Below are positions 10,565 to 20,885 of a stretch of 64,000 nt of DNA, piece after piece. The notes under the pieces were generated by a model, which saw nothing but the letters and a program-made list of their open reading frames with translations, was not told the DNA's origin and searched no databases. Position numbers and translations under genes: made by a program. The DNA is from Spirochaetia bacterium. GTDB lineage: Bacteria > Spirochaetota > Spirochaetia > SP-2023. How positions within the stretch are numbered: the stretch's first letter is position 1; each line of letters starts with the position of its first letter. The stretch covers positions 1,248,001 to 1,312,000 of the forward strand of contig CBDDCK010000005.1 of the NCBI GenBank assembly GCA_965225855.1, given 5' to 3'.

Positions 10565-11362
10565 ATGCCTAATTTCAAACCCGAATGGGCAGAGCTACTC
10601 AAAAAAGCGGTAGAAGAACCGGGAACGATTGCTAAAGGCTTTGCTTTATTTCATCGCTATTCTATTGGCAACCAAGTTTTAGTTATGGAACAGTGCTATA
10701 GTAAGGGTATCGCTCCTAGCCCGGTAGCTACTTATAAACAATGGAAAGAGCTGGGCCGCCAAGTCAAAAAAGGCGCAAAGGCGTTATATATGCAAGTACC
10801 TTGTTACTATAAAGCTAAGACAGACGCAGAAACCAAAGAAGAATTGCCACCGATTCTAAAAGGTTTTCGCTATCAAAAATTATGGTTTGTGTTATCCGAA
10901 ACCGAAGGGCTAGACTTTAAACCGGAAGAACAGCCGCTAAAGTGGAATAGTAAGCAAGTTATACAAGTTTTAGATATTCAAGAAGTCCCTTTTTCTATGG
11001 TCAATGGTAATGTTGGAGGCTATGCTTGTGGCCGTGAATTAGCCATAAATCCCATAGCCGAAGGCAAGGTAATGGTTCGGCTTCATGAAATGACCCATAT
11101 TGTCCTTGGGCATACTGAAAATTTTGCTATAAGCTCAATGATTTCAGAGCGCAGCAACCAAGAAGTAGAAGCCGAAAGCGTGGCTTTTATTTGTGGTAAT
11201 ATCTTAAACCTTCCTTGTATGTCCGACAGCCGGGGATATATCCAAAATTGGCTAAAAGAAGGCCAGATTAGCGATGTTATGGCCCAGCGGATTTTCGGAG
11301 CAGCAGACAAAATTTTGAAAGCTGGACAACAAAAGACAGAGCAGAGAGGTGACGCTGCATGA
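10565..11362 (+). CDS. ArdC-like ssDNA-binding/antirestriction protein with zincin metallopeptidase domain
   Basis: YS.GNQ, ATYKQWKELGRQVKKG.KA, HEMTH, E.EAE..AF, S..YI..W motifs. Confidence 0.8.
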   Translation: MPNFKPEWAELLKKAVEEPGTIAKGFALFHRYSIGNQVLVMEQCYSKGIAPSPVATYKQWKELGRQVKKGAKALYMQVPCYYKAKTDAETKEELPPILKGFRYQKLWFVLSETEGLDFKPEEQPLKWNSKQVIQVLDIQEVPFSMVNGNVGGYACGRELAINPIAEGKVMVRLHEMTHIVLGHTENFAISSMISERSNQEVEAESVAFICGNILNLPCMSDSRGYIQNWLKEGQISDVMAQRIFGAADKILKAGQQKTEQRGDAA

Positions 11363-11380
11363 TGCTTTCTTATTTTATGG

Positions 11381-11608
11381 GTGACCAACTTGACGAGCAA
11401 GCCTATGCAAATGCTTGAGGATAACTATGATAATGCTTTATTGGAAGCCGAAAGCAGAGGCATTGAAGAACCCCCGCTTTATAGTTTTAATGAATTTATT
11501 GAATTGATTAACTCTTGGGCAGAACAAACCCCACTTACAGAGGCGTTATGTTTTGTCGACAATTTGCTAGTTAATTTTGATTATTACGCTTTTCTGTTCC
11601 CAAGATAA
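11381..11608 (+). CDS. Hypothetical protein
   Basis: Short ORF following the ardC-like gene. Confidence 0.4.
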   Translation: MTNLTSKPMQMLEDNYDNALLEAESRGIEEPPLYSFNEFIELINSWAEQTPLTEALCFVDNLLVNFDYYAFLFPR

Positions 11609-11864
11609 AGCAGCATAAGGTAGGGCTTTATTTGTCCTGCCTTTCATAAAGCTATTTTTCAAAAAATCGGGGCAAGCCCCGAACCCGTTTGTTGCCTTTC
11701 GGCTATGGGGTTTCACACCCCAAACCCCGTGGCAGGGAGTTTCCCTGCACCCTTTTTTATCAAATCTTGTGGCATCTTTCGCAGATATATTCTACTAGCA
11801 TTTGTTTCTCTATTTTTGCCAATACCTTCCCTTTAACCTCTAATAAAAATTATTGGAGGTTTTT

Positions 11865-12359
11865 ATGTTTAAGAAAAAACCACGCCTTACTTTAGGCGTT
11901 TTGCAGCGTTCTATCCGTTTTATTGATGGATTCCCCCGTTGGGGCTGCTTTGTTGCCTGTATTCTTACGGCTATTCAGCGCAGCTTAGGCCGTATTTTGC
12001 ACGCTCACGAAATTCAGCAATGGTATTGGCAATGCGTTGAAAAAGGATTCATCAAGCACAACGATTTACCCATCAAAAAAGGTTGCACTCAATGGTATCG
12101 CTGCTTTGTGGTCGATCGAGTGGCTGCTTTTAATTTGGCTATGCAGATGTTTGGCGGTAGACGCAGGGCTTTAGCCGTCGATCAACAACACCCGGCTAAT
12201 ATGCGTATTTATCGCTGGCGTACTCGGTTTGGGGTTCATTTTACTTATGGCAGCCCCCAGCGAAATCTACACGATCCCGATTCTAGGCTGAAACTATTCG
12301 GCCAAGACGGAGAGCGGGACATGCATGTTGCAGAACAGGATAGCGAGGCCGAACAATGA
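11865..12359 (+). CDS. DUF261-like (papain/C39-like) protein, candidate endolysin
   Basis: Q...WGCF..C N-terminus, later HF...DP; first gene of the lysis cluster. Confidence 0.5.
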   Translation: MFKKKPRLTLGVLQRSIRFIDGFPRWGCFVACILTAIQRSLGRILHAHEIQQWYWQCVEKGFIKHNDLPIKKGCTQWYRCFVVDRVAAFNLAMQMFGGRRRALAVDQQHPANMRIYRWRTRFGVHFTYGSPQRNLHDPDSRLKLFGQDGERDMHVAEQDSEAEQ

Positions 12360-12619
12360 AAGAATTGTTTTCAGGAGCTAACGGCAGAATTTCTAGCAAG
12401 CGGGTTGGTGGCTTTTTGGGTTTGTTCCTAATGCTGGGTATTACCATTTTTGGCGTTATCCAAGACCCTGCCAGCTTTATTGAGGCCTTGCAAATTTGGG
12501 CTATGTTGGTTGGCGGATTGCTGGGGATTGGCGTTGCTGAAGGCCTAGTACAAAATCAAGTACAAAGCCATGCACAGAAACAAACACCTAAAGGAGAGCA
12601 ACAATATGATATGGCTTAG
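12356..12619 (+). CDS. Putative holin (2 TM)
   Basis: G..SSKR followed by two TM helices; position in cluster. Confidence 0.55.
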   Translation: MKELFSGANGRISSKRVGGFLGLFLMLGITIFGVIQDPASFIEALQIWAMLVGGLLGIGVAEGLVQNQVQSHAQKQTPKGEQQYDMA

Positions 12620-12872
12620 TTTATCCGCTATCACCTTAGGGTTGAGCGGGAGTTTGTGGCTTAGCGCAAAAATCCACAAAAGGCGTTACCAGCGAAAGCT
12701 AGATAAATGTCTGGCTCAAGTGCGCGGCGAGTATCAACGCCAAATTGCAAAAATGCAAGAAATTCAACAACACAAACAACAACAAACTAAAGCCGTGCAA
12801 TCGGCTAACAAACCCGAGGAGGTCAACCATGCGTTGGACAATGTATACAGCAGTTTTCATGCTGGCCGTTAG
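12606..12872 (+). CDS. Putative i-spanin
   Basis: N-terminal TM helix plus coiled coil; overlaps the next lipoprotein gene. Confidence 0.45.
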   Translation: MIWLSLSAITLGLSGSLWLSAKIHKRRYQRKLDKCLAQVRGEYQRQIAKMQEIQQHKQQQTKAVQSANKPEEVNHALDNVYSSFHAGR

Positions 12873-13128
12873 CTTTGGGAGTCTTTTCAGTTGCCAGACA
12901 AATCCACAACCGGTCGCAAATTTGGAGGTATCTTGCCCGACTGTGGGTGAGCTTTCCAGTAAAGAGCAACGGCAACAATTGATTGCAGCTATAACCAAAG
13001 ATATGGCCAAACAACAGCAAGATAAACTTGTTTTATTGCTCAAGTTGTGGGCCCTTGATGTCAACGAGATTTTGGCTGCTTATCGCCAGTTAAAAATACT
13101 TGCAAGGTGTGAAGATGAACCAAAATAG
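12829..13128 (+). CDS. Lipoprotein, putative o-spanin
   Basis: GAGGAGG RBS; signal peptide ending LFSC lipobox. Confidence 0.5.
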   Translation: MRWTMYTAVFMLAVSFGSLFSCQTNPQPVANLEVSCPTVGELSSKEQRQQLIAAITKDMAKQQQDKLVLLLKLWALDVNEILAAYRQLKILARCEDEPK

Positions 13129-13366
13129 TGAGGTTGTAGCCGAGTTGCGTGAAATTCGAGCCGAGCTAAAGCATATCAACCAGCGTTTTGACGAGGCCTT
13201 AGCTTACCAAGACAAGCTTGCCGAAATGCGCTTTAAGGCTTTAGAAACTAAACAAGAACAACAAAGCAGAATTATCGACAAAATGCGAAGCCGTATTTTA
13301 TCTTGGGGCGGAGCTTTTGCCGTTTTAATTGTGCTCTCTGGCTATGCTTTTCGGTTGCTAACATGA
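13115..13366 (+). CDS. Coiled-coil protein with C-terminal TM helix
   Basis: Coupled ORF; occupies the Mu gp25-like position. Confidence 0.55.
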   Translation: MNQNSEVVAELREIRAELKHINQRFDEALAYQDKLAEMRFKALETKQEQQSRIIDKMRSRILSWGGAFAVLIVLSGYAFRLLT

Positions 13367-13899
13367 GTCAACGCAGCAGTTTGGATTTTCTGCCCAAAGA
13401 ATTGCAAGAATTGATACAGCGACTTTGGGGCGAAGGGGCTACGATTGATCAGCTTGCCCAGCTTTTGCGTTCTCAATTGGGAGACCAAGCACCCAGTCGC
13501 TCTAGTATAGGACGCTATGCCAAACGCTTAAAAGAACAACAAGAAGAGGCTGTCCAGCGCAACGCATATTTAGCCGAAGTGCTGAAAACCATGCCACCCG
13601 AAAGCCGAGACAATTTGACTGTGGTTGTCTCTGAAAGTCTAAAATGCAAGATTTTCCAGTTTATGCACGAGTTAGACCAGCAGCACGAATTGCGATTGGA
13701 CAAGCCGGACAAATACGCCAATTTGTTGTGTAGCTTGGGTAAGGCTTTGCAGTCTTATGAATTGGCTTTGAACAACAACCAGAAACGCCGGCACGAAGAA
13801 CGCAAGGCTTTGCTGGACGAAGTCAAAGCTAAGTTAGAAAAAGACAAGCGTATCAACACCCAAGCTCTAAATGAAAACATGGAGAAATTTTATGAATAA
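13363..13899 (+). CDS. Mu gp27-like/DUF3486 protein (putative small terminase)
   Basis: RSS.D.LP, SRSSIGRY motifs; precedes terL. Confidence 0.8.
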   Translation: MSQRSSLDFLPKELQELIQRLWGEGATIDQLAQLLRSQLGDQAPSRSSIGRYAKRLKEQQEEAVQRNAYLAEVLKTMPPESRDNLTVVVSESLKCKIFQFMHELDQQHELRLDKPDKYANLLCSLGKALQSYELALNNNQKRRHEERKALLDEVKAKLEKDKRINTQALNENMEKFYE

Positions 13900-15193
13900 A
13901 GATAATGCCCTTGTTGCTCTATACGGCTACCAAAGAGCGTGGATGGAAGATCAAAGCCGTTTCAAAATTGGCATGTTTGCTAGGCAAACGGGCAAAACCT
14001 TTATTTGCACGCTAGAAATTGTGCGTGCTGTTATGGACGCCGAAGCAGCCCAAAAGCGTTGCAATTGGCTGATTGTTTCGGCATCGGAACGGCAAAGCAT
14101 TCATGCCTTGCGCATTGTTAAAAAGCATTTGCGGGCATTGGACGCCATCATGCAAGAAAATGGCAGTGCTTATTTGGAAGATCGAAATGAAAGCAAGCAC
14201 GAGATCGTTTTGCCCAATGGCAGCCGTATTACTTCCATTGCCGCCAATCCCGACACGATACGCGGTTATAGTTGCAATGTCTACGCCGATGAATTTGCCT
14301 TCCACGAAGACAGCGAGGAATTATGGCGGGCCTTGTTTCCGATTGTGAGCAATGGTTATCGCTTGTTGATTACTTCTACCCCCAACGGCAAAGGCAACCG
14401 CTTTTATCGTTTGTTTACCGAAAATGGCAACGGCTGGAGCAAACACAAAACCGACATTTACCAAGCGATTGAGCAAGGCTTGCCACGCAATGCCCAAAAA
14501 ATCCAGCAGCATTTAGCCGATCCCGAAGCATGGGCTCAAGAATACCAATTAGATTGGCTGGACGAGGCCACCAGTTGGTTGCCTTATCAATTGATCACCA
14601 CTTGCGAAACAAGCAAACTGGGTAATTACAACCAAAATTCTTGCTATGTCGGCATAGATATTGGCCGCCGGCACGATTTATTTGTGTTATGGGTTTTAGA
14701 AAAGCAGGGCGATGTGTTTTACCAGCGAGAATTGATTGCCCAGAAAAGCGCAAGTTTTGCCGTGCAAGAAAGTTTTCTGCGCGATGTAATCAAACGATAC
14801 CGACCCGTACGAGTTTGCATCGACCAAACCGGTATGGGCGAGCAGTTTACCGAACGGGCCAAAGAAAATTACGGCAGCTATACGGTGGAAGGGATTTTAT
14901 TCAATAATTCCACCAAGCTGGATTTAGCCAACGGTTTACGGCGCAATTTTGAAGAGCGCACGATCCGTATTGCAGAAGGCGACAAAGTTTTAAGAGACGA
15001 TTTGCACAGCCTAAAACGCACGACCACCCATGCGGGCAATGTGCGTTTTGTGGCCGACCGCAACGAAAATGGCCATGCCGACCGCGCCTGGGCCTTAGCC
15101 TTGGCATTGCATGCCGGGCAAACCGAGCACCAACCTTTTGAGTACGAAACGGTAGAAGCCAACGACTGGGATAATGGCATAAATTGGGATTAG
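13892..15193 (+). CDS. Terminase large subunit (Mu gp28-like)
   Basis: ARQTGKT, DEFAFH, STPNGKGN, GIDIGRRHD, GHADRAWA. Confidence 0.95.
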   Translation: MNKDNALVALYGYQRAWMEDQSRFKIGMFARQTGKTFICTLEIVRAVMDAEAAQKRCNWLIVSASERQSIHALRIVKKHLRALDAIMQENGSAYLEDRNESKHEIVLPNGSRITSIAANPDTIRGYSCNVYADEFAFHEDSEELWRALFPIVSNGYRLLITSTPNGKGNRFYRLFTENGNGWSKHKTDIYQAIEQGLPRNAQKIQQHLADPEAWAQEYQLDWLDEATSWLPYQLITTCETSKLGNYNQNSCYVGIDIGRRHDLFVLWVLEKQGDVFYQRELIAQKSASFAVQESFLRDVIKRYRPVRVCIDQTGMGEQFTERAKENYGSYTVEGILFNNSTKLDLANGLRRNFEERTIRIAEGDKVLRDDLHSLKRTTTHAGNVRFVADRNENGHADRAWALALALHAGQTEHQPFEYETVEANDWDNGINWD

Positions 15194-15229
15194 TAAAAAT
15201 CTAACCGGTTAGATTTTTGGAGATAGACT

Positions 15230-16814
15230 ATGAGCAAGAAGAAAGCGAAAAAACAACACAAAACCGAGCCGTTAGCGGTTAGCAACAAAGAGCAAGCGAT
15301 ATACACACCGCCCGGTGTCGATACCGTAGAGGCTATGAATAACGAAGAGATCAGCAAATCCCTTTCCCCTTCCAGGCTGGCTAATTTGGTCAACGAAAGC
15401 AAAAAGGGCAATGGCTTTTCTTTGGTTACTTTGGCTTTGGAAATGCGAGAAGAAGACGCCAGTTTTGGCGGAAACTTGAGAACACGCAAACTAGCAGTAT
15501 TAAACCAACCCCGCACTTTACAAGAAAGCGACAACGCCAAAGCTAATGAATTGATTGCTAAATTATTGAGCAAGCGATATTTTAATAAGCTGTTATATTG
15601 CTTATTGGAAGCTACCGAAGTCGGCTATGCGGTGCTGCGTTTGGTTTGGCAGACTAGCGAAAATGGCTATTGGTTGCCCGTTTCGGTGCATCGAGTAGAC
15701 CCGCGCAGAGTCGGTTTTGACCCCAATACCGAGCAATATTTTTGGCGCAACTTTGACGACCCCGAAGACCGCAAGAATATCATAGATGGCAGCGGCTTGG
15801 AATATATGGTTTATACCCCCGATGAAGTGCTAATGCCCAACAGGGGCGGTTTGGCACGGCTAGCAGCTTTTGCATTTATGGCTAAACGCTTTAGCCTAAA
15901 CGATTGGGTAAAGTTTCTTTCCAGCGTGGGTATGCCGTTGCGTGTGGGCAAGTATGAACCCAGTGCCCAAAGCGAAGAACGCCAGATATTAAAGCGGGCG
16001 TTACAAATGCTAGGCAGCGATAAGGCCGCCGCGATCCCCAAAAACACCGATATTGAATTTTTGGAAGCCAACAACAGCGAAGGCGCAACCTTTAAGTCTT
16101 TGCCCGAATACTTGGACAAGCAAATTGCGGTTGCGGTATTGGGGCAGACTTTGACCAGTGGCACCGAAGGCGGGGGCTGTTATGCGTTGGGGCAGGTGCA
16201 ACATGCGCTTGAATATTTTGCCTGCCGATTGCGTAAGCATTACCGCAGAATTGCAGGAGTTAGTCGAAAAGATTTGCAGTGTAAACTTTATTAGGGACAC
16301 AGCCCCGTATGTAAGCATAAAGACCAAGCTACAAAATTATTTACAAAAGTTAGCCGTAGTGGTAACTACTCATTATAGCAAGTTGGATCAAGGCCTTGAT
16401 CCAGCTTGGAAAGCTATATTATAGCAAGGGGGATCAATCCATTGATCCAATGCGGAAAGATATATTATAGCAATTACAAGGTAAACTCTTGGCAAATTGG
16501 TCGTCCAGATATTTGCCAACAATACGAATTGAATACAAAATTGAAAATCGGAACGCATTCCGTATTTAGTGATTCAGGCAACCAAGACTAGGAGCTAAAC
16601 CAGCTGAACGACAAGGCCCTAGAATACAATTACTAAACAACCAATAAATGATATATTGAAGGCGTTAAATTCTAGCAGAAACTTTAAGCAGTTTCAAAAC
16701 AAGATAGCCAAAATAGCCCTTTCAGAGCCCGATAAGGGGCTAGTGCAAGCATTGACCCTATAGCGGCTGCCAAAGGCGCATTGCTTGGCCAAAGAGATGG
16801 CGATCATGCCTAAA
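15230..16814 (+). pseudogene. Portal protein (Mu gp29/DUF935), 3' part frameshifted and interrupted by 23-bp repeats
   Basis: GMPLRVGKY, LGQTLTS, YALGQV motifs; frame breaks after ~16200; 3' end approximate. Confidence 0.8.
16355..16473 (+). repeat. 23-bp periodic repeat array (~5 units) inside the portal gene
   Basis: Unit starts at 16378, 16401, 16424, 16447, 16470; ends CCAATGCGGAAAGATATATTATAGCAA. Confidence 0.85.
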
Positions 16815-18160
16815 TATTATCGCATTCAAGAGGTAGCCAAAAACGTGGGCGACTATATCCAAAACAAAGGCTTGAAAACTAGCCCCGAAAGAAAGTAATG
16901 GGTTGGCGCAATATATATGCCCGAGAGCACGCCACGGCCTTTACCGTGGCCAAGCTAAAAGATTTAAATTTGTTGGGCATGGTGCAAAAGGAAATACGCC
17001 ATAGCATAGAGCATGGCGACAAGTTTAGCGACTTTCAGAAGCGTATACAACCTAAACTGCAAAGGTGGCTGGATTCGGTGCGCCGGCAAGACCCCGATAA
17101 ACTCGAAGGCGCAGAATTAGAAAAATGGAGACAGCGCAAAGACCGCTACCGCTTGAGGCGGATTTTTGAAACCAACACCCGCCAAGCCTATGCCCAGCAC
17201 CACTACCAAAGGGGCATGGACAACAGCTTTAACACGCATCTTATTTATCGTATCGGGCCGAGTATTAACCACCGAGTCGATCATGTAATGTTAGATGCTA
17301 CGGTATTGCCCAAAGATCACTCGTTTTGGGATACACACTTTCCGCCCAATGGCTGGAATTGCAAATGCTATGTAAGATTTTTAAGCAAAGATGATGTAGC
17401 CAAAGCACGCAAACACGGGGTGGTAGATTTAGAGAGCACAGACCCGCGCACTGGCCACCATACACGCACCAAACCGATCAACGAAACTGCGCCAGTAATC
17501 CAATGGCGCAAGTTTGTGCGCAAGGACGGCCAAACAGTAAGAGTGCCCAGAAATATCGACCCGGGCTTTGAGTGGAATGCCGGGCAGATCAACCGCAATA
17601 CTTGGCTGAAAGATCAGGCCATTAGAAAAGCCCGAGCCCTAGAGTTGGTCACAAAAGAGTTGCAACAATTAGAGCAGTTGATCGTTAGCAATACCGCACA
17701 ACAAGCAGCTTATCAAAGTTTTATCACACAGCACCATATGCAAGAAAAAACAGGCAAAAGCAGTGTTTCTGTAGGGGTAATAAAAGAACAGGAAGCGAGT
17801 TATTTAGGCCGACAAAAACTAAAACTAAGTAGCCCGATTATAGAAGTTTCCAGCAAGCGGCTAACGATGAGCCCTAAGAATTTAAGGCATCAAAAAGCAG
17901 GCAATGATTTAAGCTTGCAAGAATGGCTAGAATTGCCCAAAATGCTAAAAAGTAAAAAAGTAGAAGTTTACTATGATAGCCAGCATCGCAATTTACTTTA
18001 TGTTTACCCAGCTAAAGACGGCAGGCTAATTAAGATTGTGGTTAGCCCCAATTATGTAGATAACGGCTTGATTATTAACTATGTAAATACTGTATTTAAA
18101 GTACCAAAGGCAAATATAGAAAGCGATACAAAAGCCAAGATACTGAAGAAAATACGATAG
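16806..18160 (+). CDS. Mu gpF head morphogenesis protein with C-terminal extension (frameshift near 16895)
   Basis: AFTVAK, IFETN, FPPNGWNCKC, IDPGF.WN.G; N-terminal ~30 codons in another frame. Confidence 0.85.
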
Positions 18161-18498
18161 CGTGATAGGCACCTACTCTATCCTAACGCTCGAAAACGTG
18201 GTGGATCGGTGATTTTCCACTCCTCCGCTACCGTATAGGTATTGTATTAAAATTTCATAAATTTGGAAAGTAAGAGACAAAAAAGGAAATAAAGCAGCGT
18301 ATGAAAGCACCTATGCCGTACAGGTAAAAGTCCTCTATATTGGTAATTTATCGTTGTTTCATGCCCACAGGCTAGCGCATGCGATGGGAACTACTCTGGG
18401 AAATAATTTAAAAAGTTTTAAACTAAAGACAATAAAATAAAAGTCCCAGCCAAATATAGCTGGGGCTACAAAAGTATAATATCTACACAATAGATTCT

Positions 18499-18777
18499 TT
18501 AACAAGGAAACTTCAAATTCAAATATGATTTATGATTTTTAAGATTTTTAATTAAAATATCTACAACAGTTTTGTGGTCATCAAAATCACAATATGCGTT
18601 CATAGAAAGTGTAATATTAAGCAGATTTGTAATTACAACATTTTGTATATTTTTCGGAAGGCTAAACAGCGTAGTATGAAGTTTCTTCTGTTCTTCTGAA
18701 TATTCTGCGTTTTCCTTTTGAAATTTTTGCATTCCTTTTAAGAACTTTATTTGTTCCTCAATATAATCATCATCCAT
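18499..18777 (-). CDS. Hypothetical protein (AT-rich moron)
   Basis: ORF with GAGG RBS. Confidence 0.55.
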   Translation of the reverse strand: MDDDYIEEQIKFLKGMQKFQKENAEYSEEQKKLHTTLFSLPKNIQNVVITNLLNITLSMNAYCDFDDHKTVVDILIKNLKNHKSYLNLKFPC

Positions 18778-18878
18778 TATACAAATACCTCTCTGGTTAA
18801 ATTACTAGAACCGTAAAAACAATTCTGCCAATAGTATACAGATTTTTATAAAAAATCATAAATAAAACCGCAATTTTT

Positions 18879-19403
18879 TTATTCTTTTCCCTTTTCTTGC
18901 AATAAACGATCAGCGCATTGAAATAATAAATAAAAGCAGCGCATAATAGCTAGAGTGGATACACTGAGCACTAAAACAATTAAACATTGATGAACTAATT
19001 TTGCAATTCTGTATACGGAACTACAAGCATATTCCTTTACTTCCAGCATACCAAATCCTAATAAAATAATACAAATAAAAATCGTTATGGAAGCATATTT
19101 ATAAACCCATACAATCATTTTGCCATATTTTTCTTTGATAGTAATAAATACAGGTTCTTTTAAAATGTTTAATAATAGGGGTAGTCCCGCAAGAATAAAA
19201 GCCAAAGCTGTACTAAAACTAGCAAATAGTGCGTTGTATAATTGGGATATATTAACATGCAGTGTTCTATTCACAAAGAAATAAATAATAATTACAGGAA
19301 TAGAAATTAGCAGGTCTTTAAGAAAAAATACTTTATATTTAAATTTTCTAGCTTCCTGCCAGTACCAGCTTTTCATCGCATTGTATATATCCTTTAGTTT
19401 CAT
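18879..19403 (-). CDS. Membrane protein (about 4 TM)
   Basis: Hydrophobic segments; ATGA overlap with the upstream gene. Confidence 0.7.
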   Translation of the reverse strand: MKLKDIYNAMKSWYWQEARKFKYKVFFLKDLLISIPVIIIYFFVNRTLHVNISQLYNALFASFSTALAFILAGLPLLLNILKEPVFITIKEKYGKMIVWVYKYASITIFICIILLGFGMLEVKEYACSSVYRIAKLVHQCLIVLVLSVSTLAIMRCFYLLFQCADRLLQEKGKE

Positions 19404-20272
19404 TGTGAATTAGTATAATTACGCTGCCGAAGAAAATGAATCAAAATCTTATAAGCTTCAGATGCCTTTACCATGCCACTTTTTTCGCTGATAACAGGAA
19501 AATCGGCTTCATCTCTTTCCTTATATTCTTTTAAGCTATACTTTTTTAATTTTTCATTAGTAGAACCACCATTAAGAATAATATCATCAAATTCATTCAA
19601 TAAATTAATATTGAAAACTTTCTTAAAATCTGATGCTCCTCTTTTTTTATTGTATTCTTTACTAAACACAAAATTTTTACTGTTCGTAACCCTGTCATAA
19701 TGTTGTGGTAAATTTTTTATATCATCTTGCGCTATATCTTCTGCAAAGTTATTTCTATCAGACTTTATAATATACTCAATACTTGAAAGGCTTAGCAGAT
19801 CGTTAATAACTTTGCTCGGGTCTTCTCTCATGATAGGCATAAAGGCTAGGTAATCAACTTTATTGGGGAAGTAATACTGCATATATGGCGGTATTATAGT
19901 TACTCTAGGTGCATCTTGGTTAAACTCCATTGCCATATAATTACCATAAATTACAAAATGTGCTAAATCTATCAAGGCATTGCCGTCTCCCAAGTCCAAA
20001 CCAGAAATATCGGTAGTTTCCATATTCATAATACCGGGCAAATTTGTTTGCCGTACATATCCAATAAATCCTCGCACAAAACCTTCGCTACAATCATCAA
20101 CTTTACTAATTACAATGCGACCCGTTGTTTGTACTTTATAGTAATTCTCTTGATTTGTAATATCATGATCGGATAAAATATTAAACAATTGGTAAATATC
20201 TATTTCCTGATTTTTTAGCTTAGCTTCTATTTTATGGTAATAAATTTTACGCTTTTTAGTTGACTCTGACAT
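19400..20272 (-). CDS. Soluble accessory protein (290 aa)
   Basis: Long AT-rich ORF with AAGGA RBS. Confidence 0.75.
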   Translation of the reverse strand: MSESTKKRKIYYHKIEAKLKNQEIDIYQLFNILSDHDITNQENYYKVQTTGRIVISKVDDCSEGFVRGFIGYVRQTNLPGIMNMETTDISGLDLGDGNALIDLAHFVIYGNYMAMEFNQDAPRVTIIPPYMQYYFPNKVDYLAFMPIMREDPSKVINDLLSLSSIEYIIKSDRNNFAEDIAQDDIKNLPQHYDRVTNSKNFVFSKEYNKKRGASDFKKVFNINLLNEFDDIILNGGSTNEKLKKYSLKEYKERDEADFPVISEKSGMVKASEAYKILIHFLRQRNYTNSQ

Positions 20273-20501
20273 ATATAATTACTTCCTTAAATATTTCCTC
20301 CCATGATCTATAATACCTTATGATAATCTAGCTGCAACCCAAAACTCACCCAACCGTCCCTAAAAGATTCCTAAGCCAGTTGATCGCCAGAATTATCAAG
20401 TAATGCCACCCAAACCTCAACCCAAATTTTTATTTACTATCCGTTTAATTTTTAGGCTTGCTTTGTTGCCAAAGGCCGGTTTTTTGTTCTTTGGCTATTT
20501 C

Positions 20502-20822
20502 CTAATTGTATTCGTCCCATTCTTTAGTTGTTTTCACACTAGCTTTTTTAGTAGTTTTAGGCCAAATTATTATAGATGTTGTTATTGTTAAAGCTGCTGA
20601 AACAAAAGCAAAACCATAAAGGGCGATACTAAAGGCTTGCCCATAATAGCCTATTGCTTGATAGTAAACTTCAGCAAGTGATTTACCGCTGACAGACTCG
20701 ATATTAGCAAGATATTTACCTACATTATTCATTAAGTAGCCTGCTCGAAATAATGCTCCGCTGCCAACAGTTCCGAATATTGAAGCTCCTATAGCATTGG
20801 TTTTTCGTTGTCCTTCTGTCAT
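20502..20822 (-). CDS. Small 2-TM membrane protein
   Basis: ORF downstream of the repressor. Confidence 0.6.
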   Translation of the reverse strand: MTEGQRKTNAIGASIFGTVGSGALFRAGYLMNNVGKYLANIESVSGKSLAEVYYQAIGYYGQAFSIALYGFAFVSAALTITTSIIIWPKTTKKASVKTTKEWDEYN

Positions 20823-20885
20823 TTTCTTCCTTACATAATTTATTTTGTAGCTAAAATAGCCCCTTCATTTTCAGCACAAACCCCC

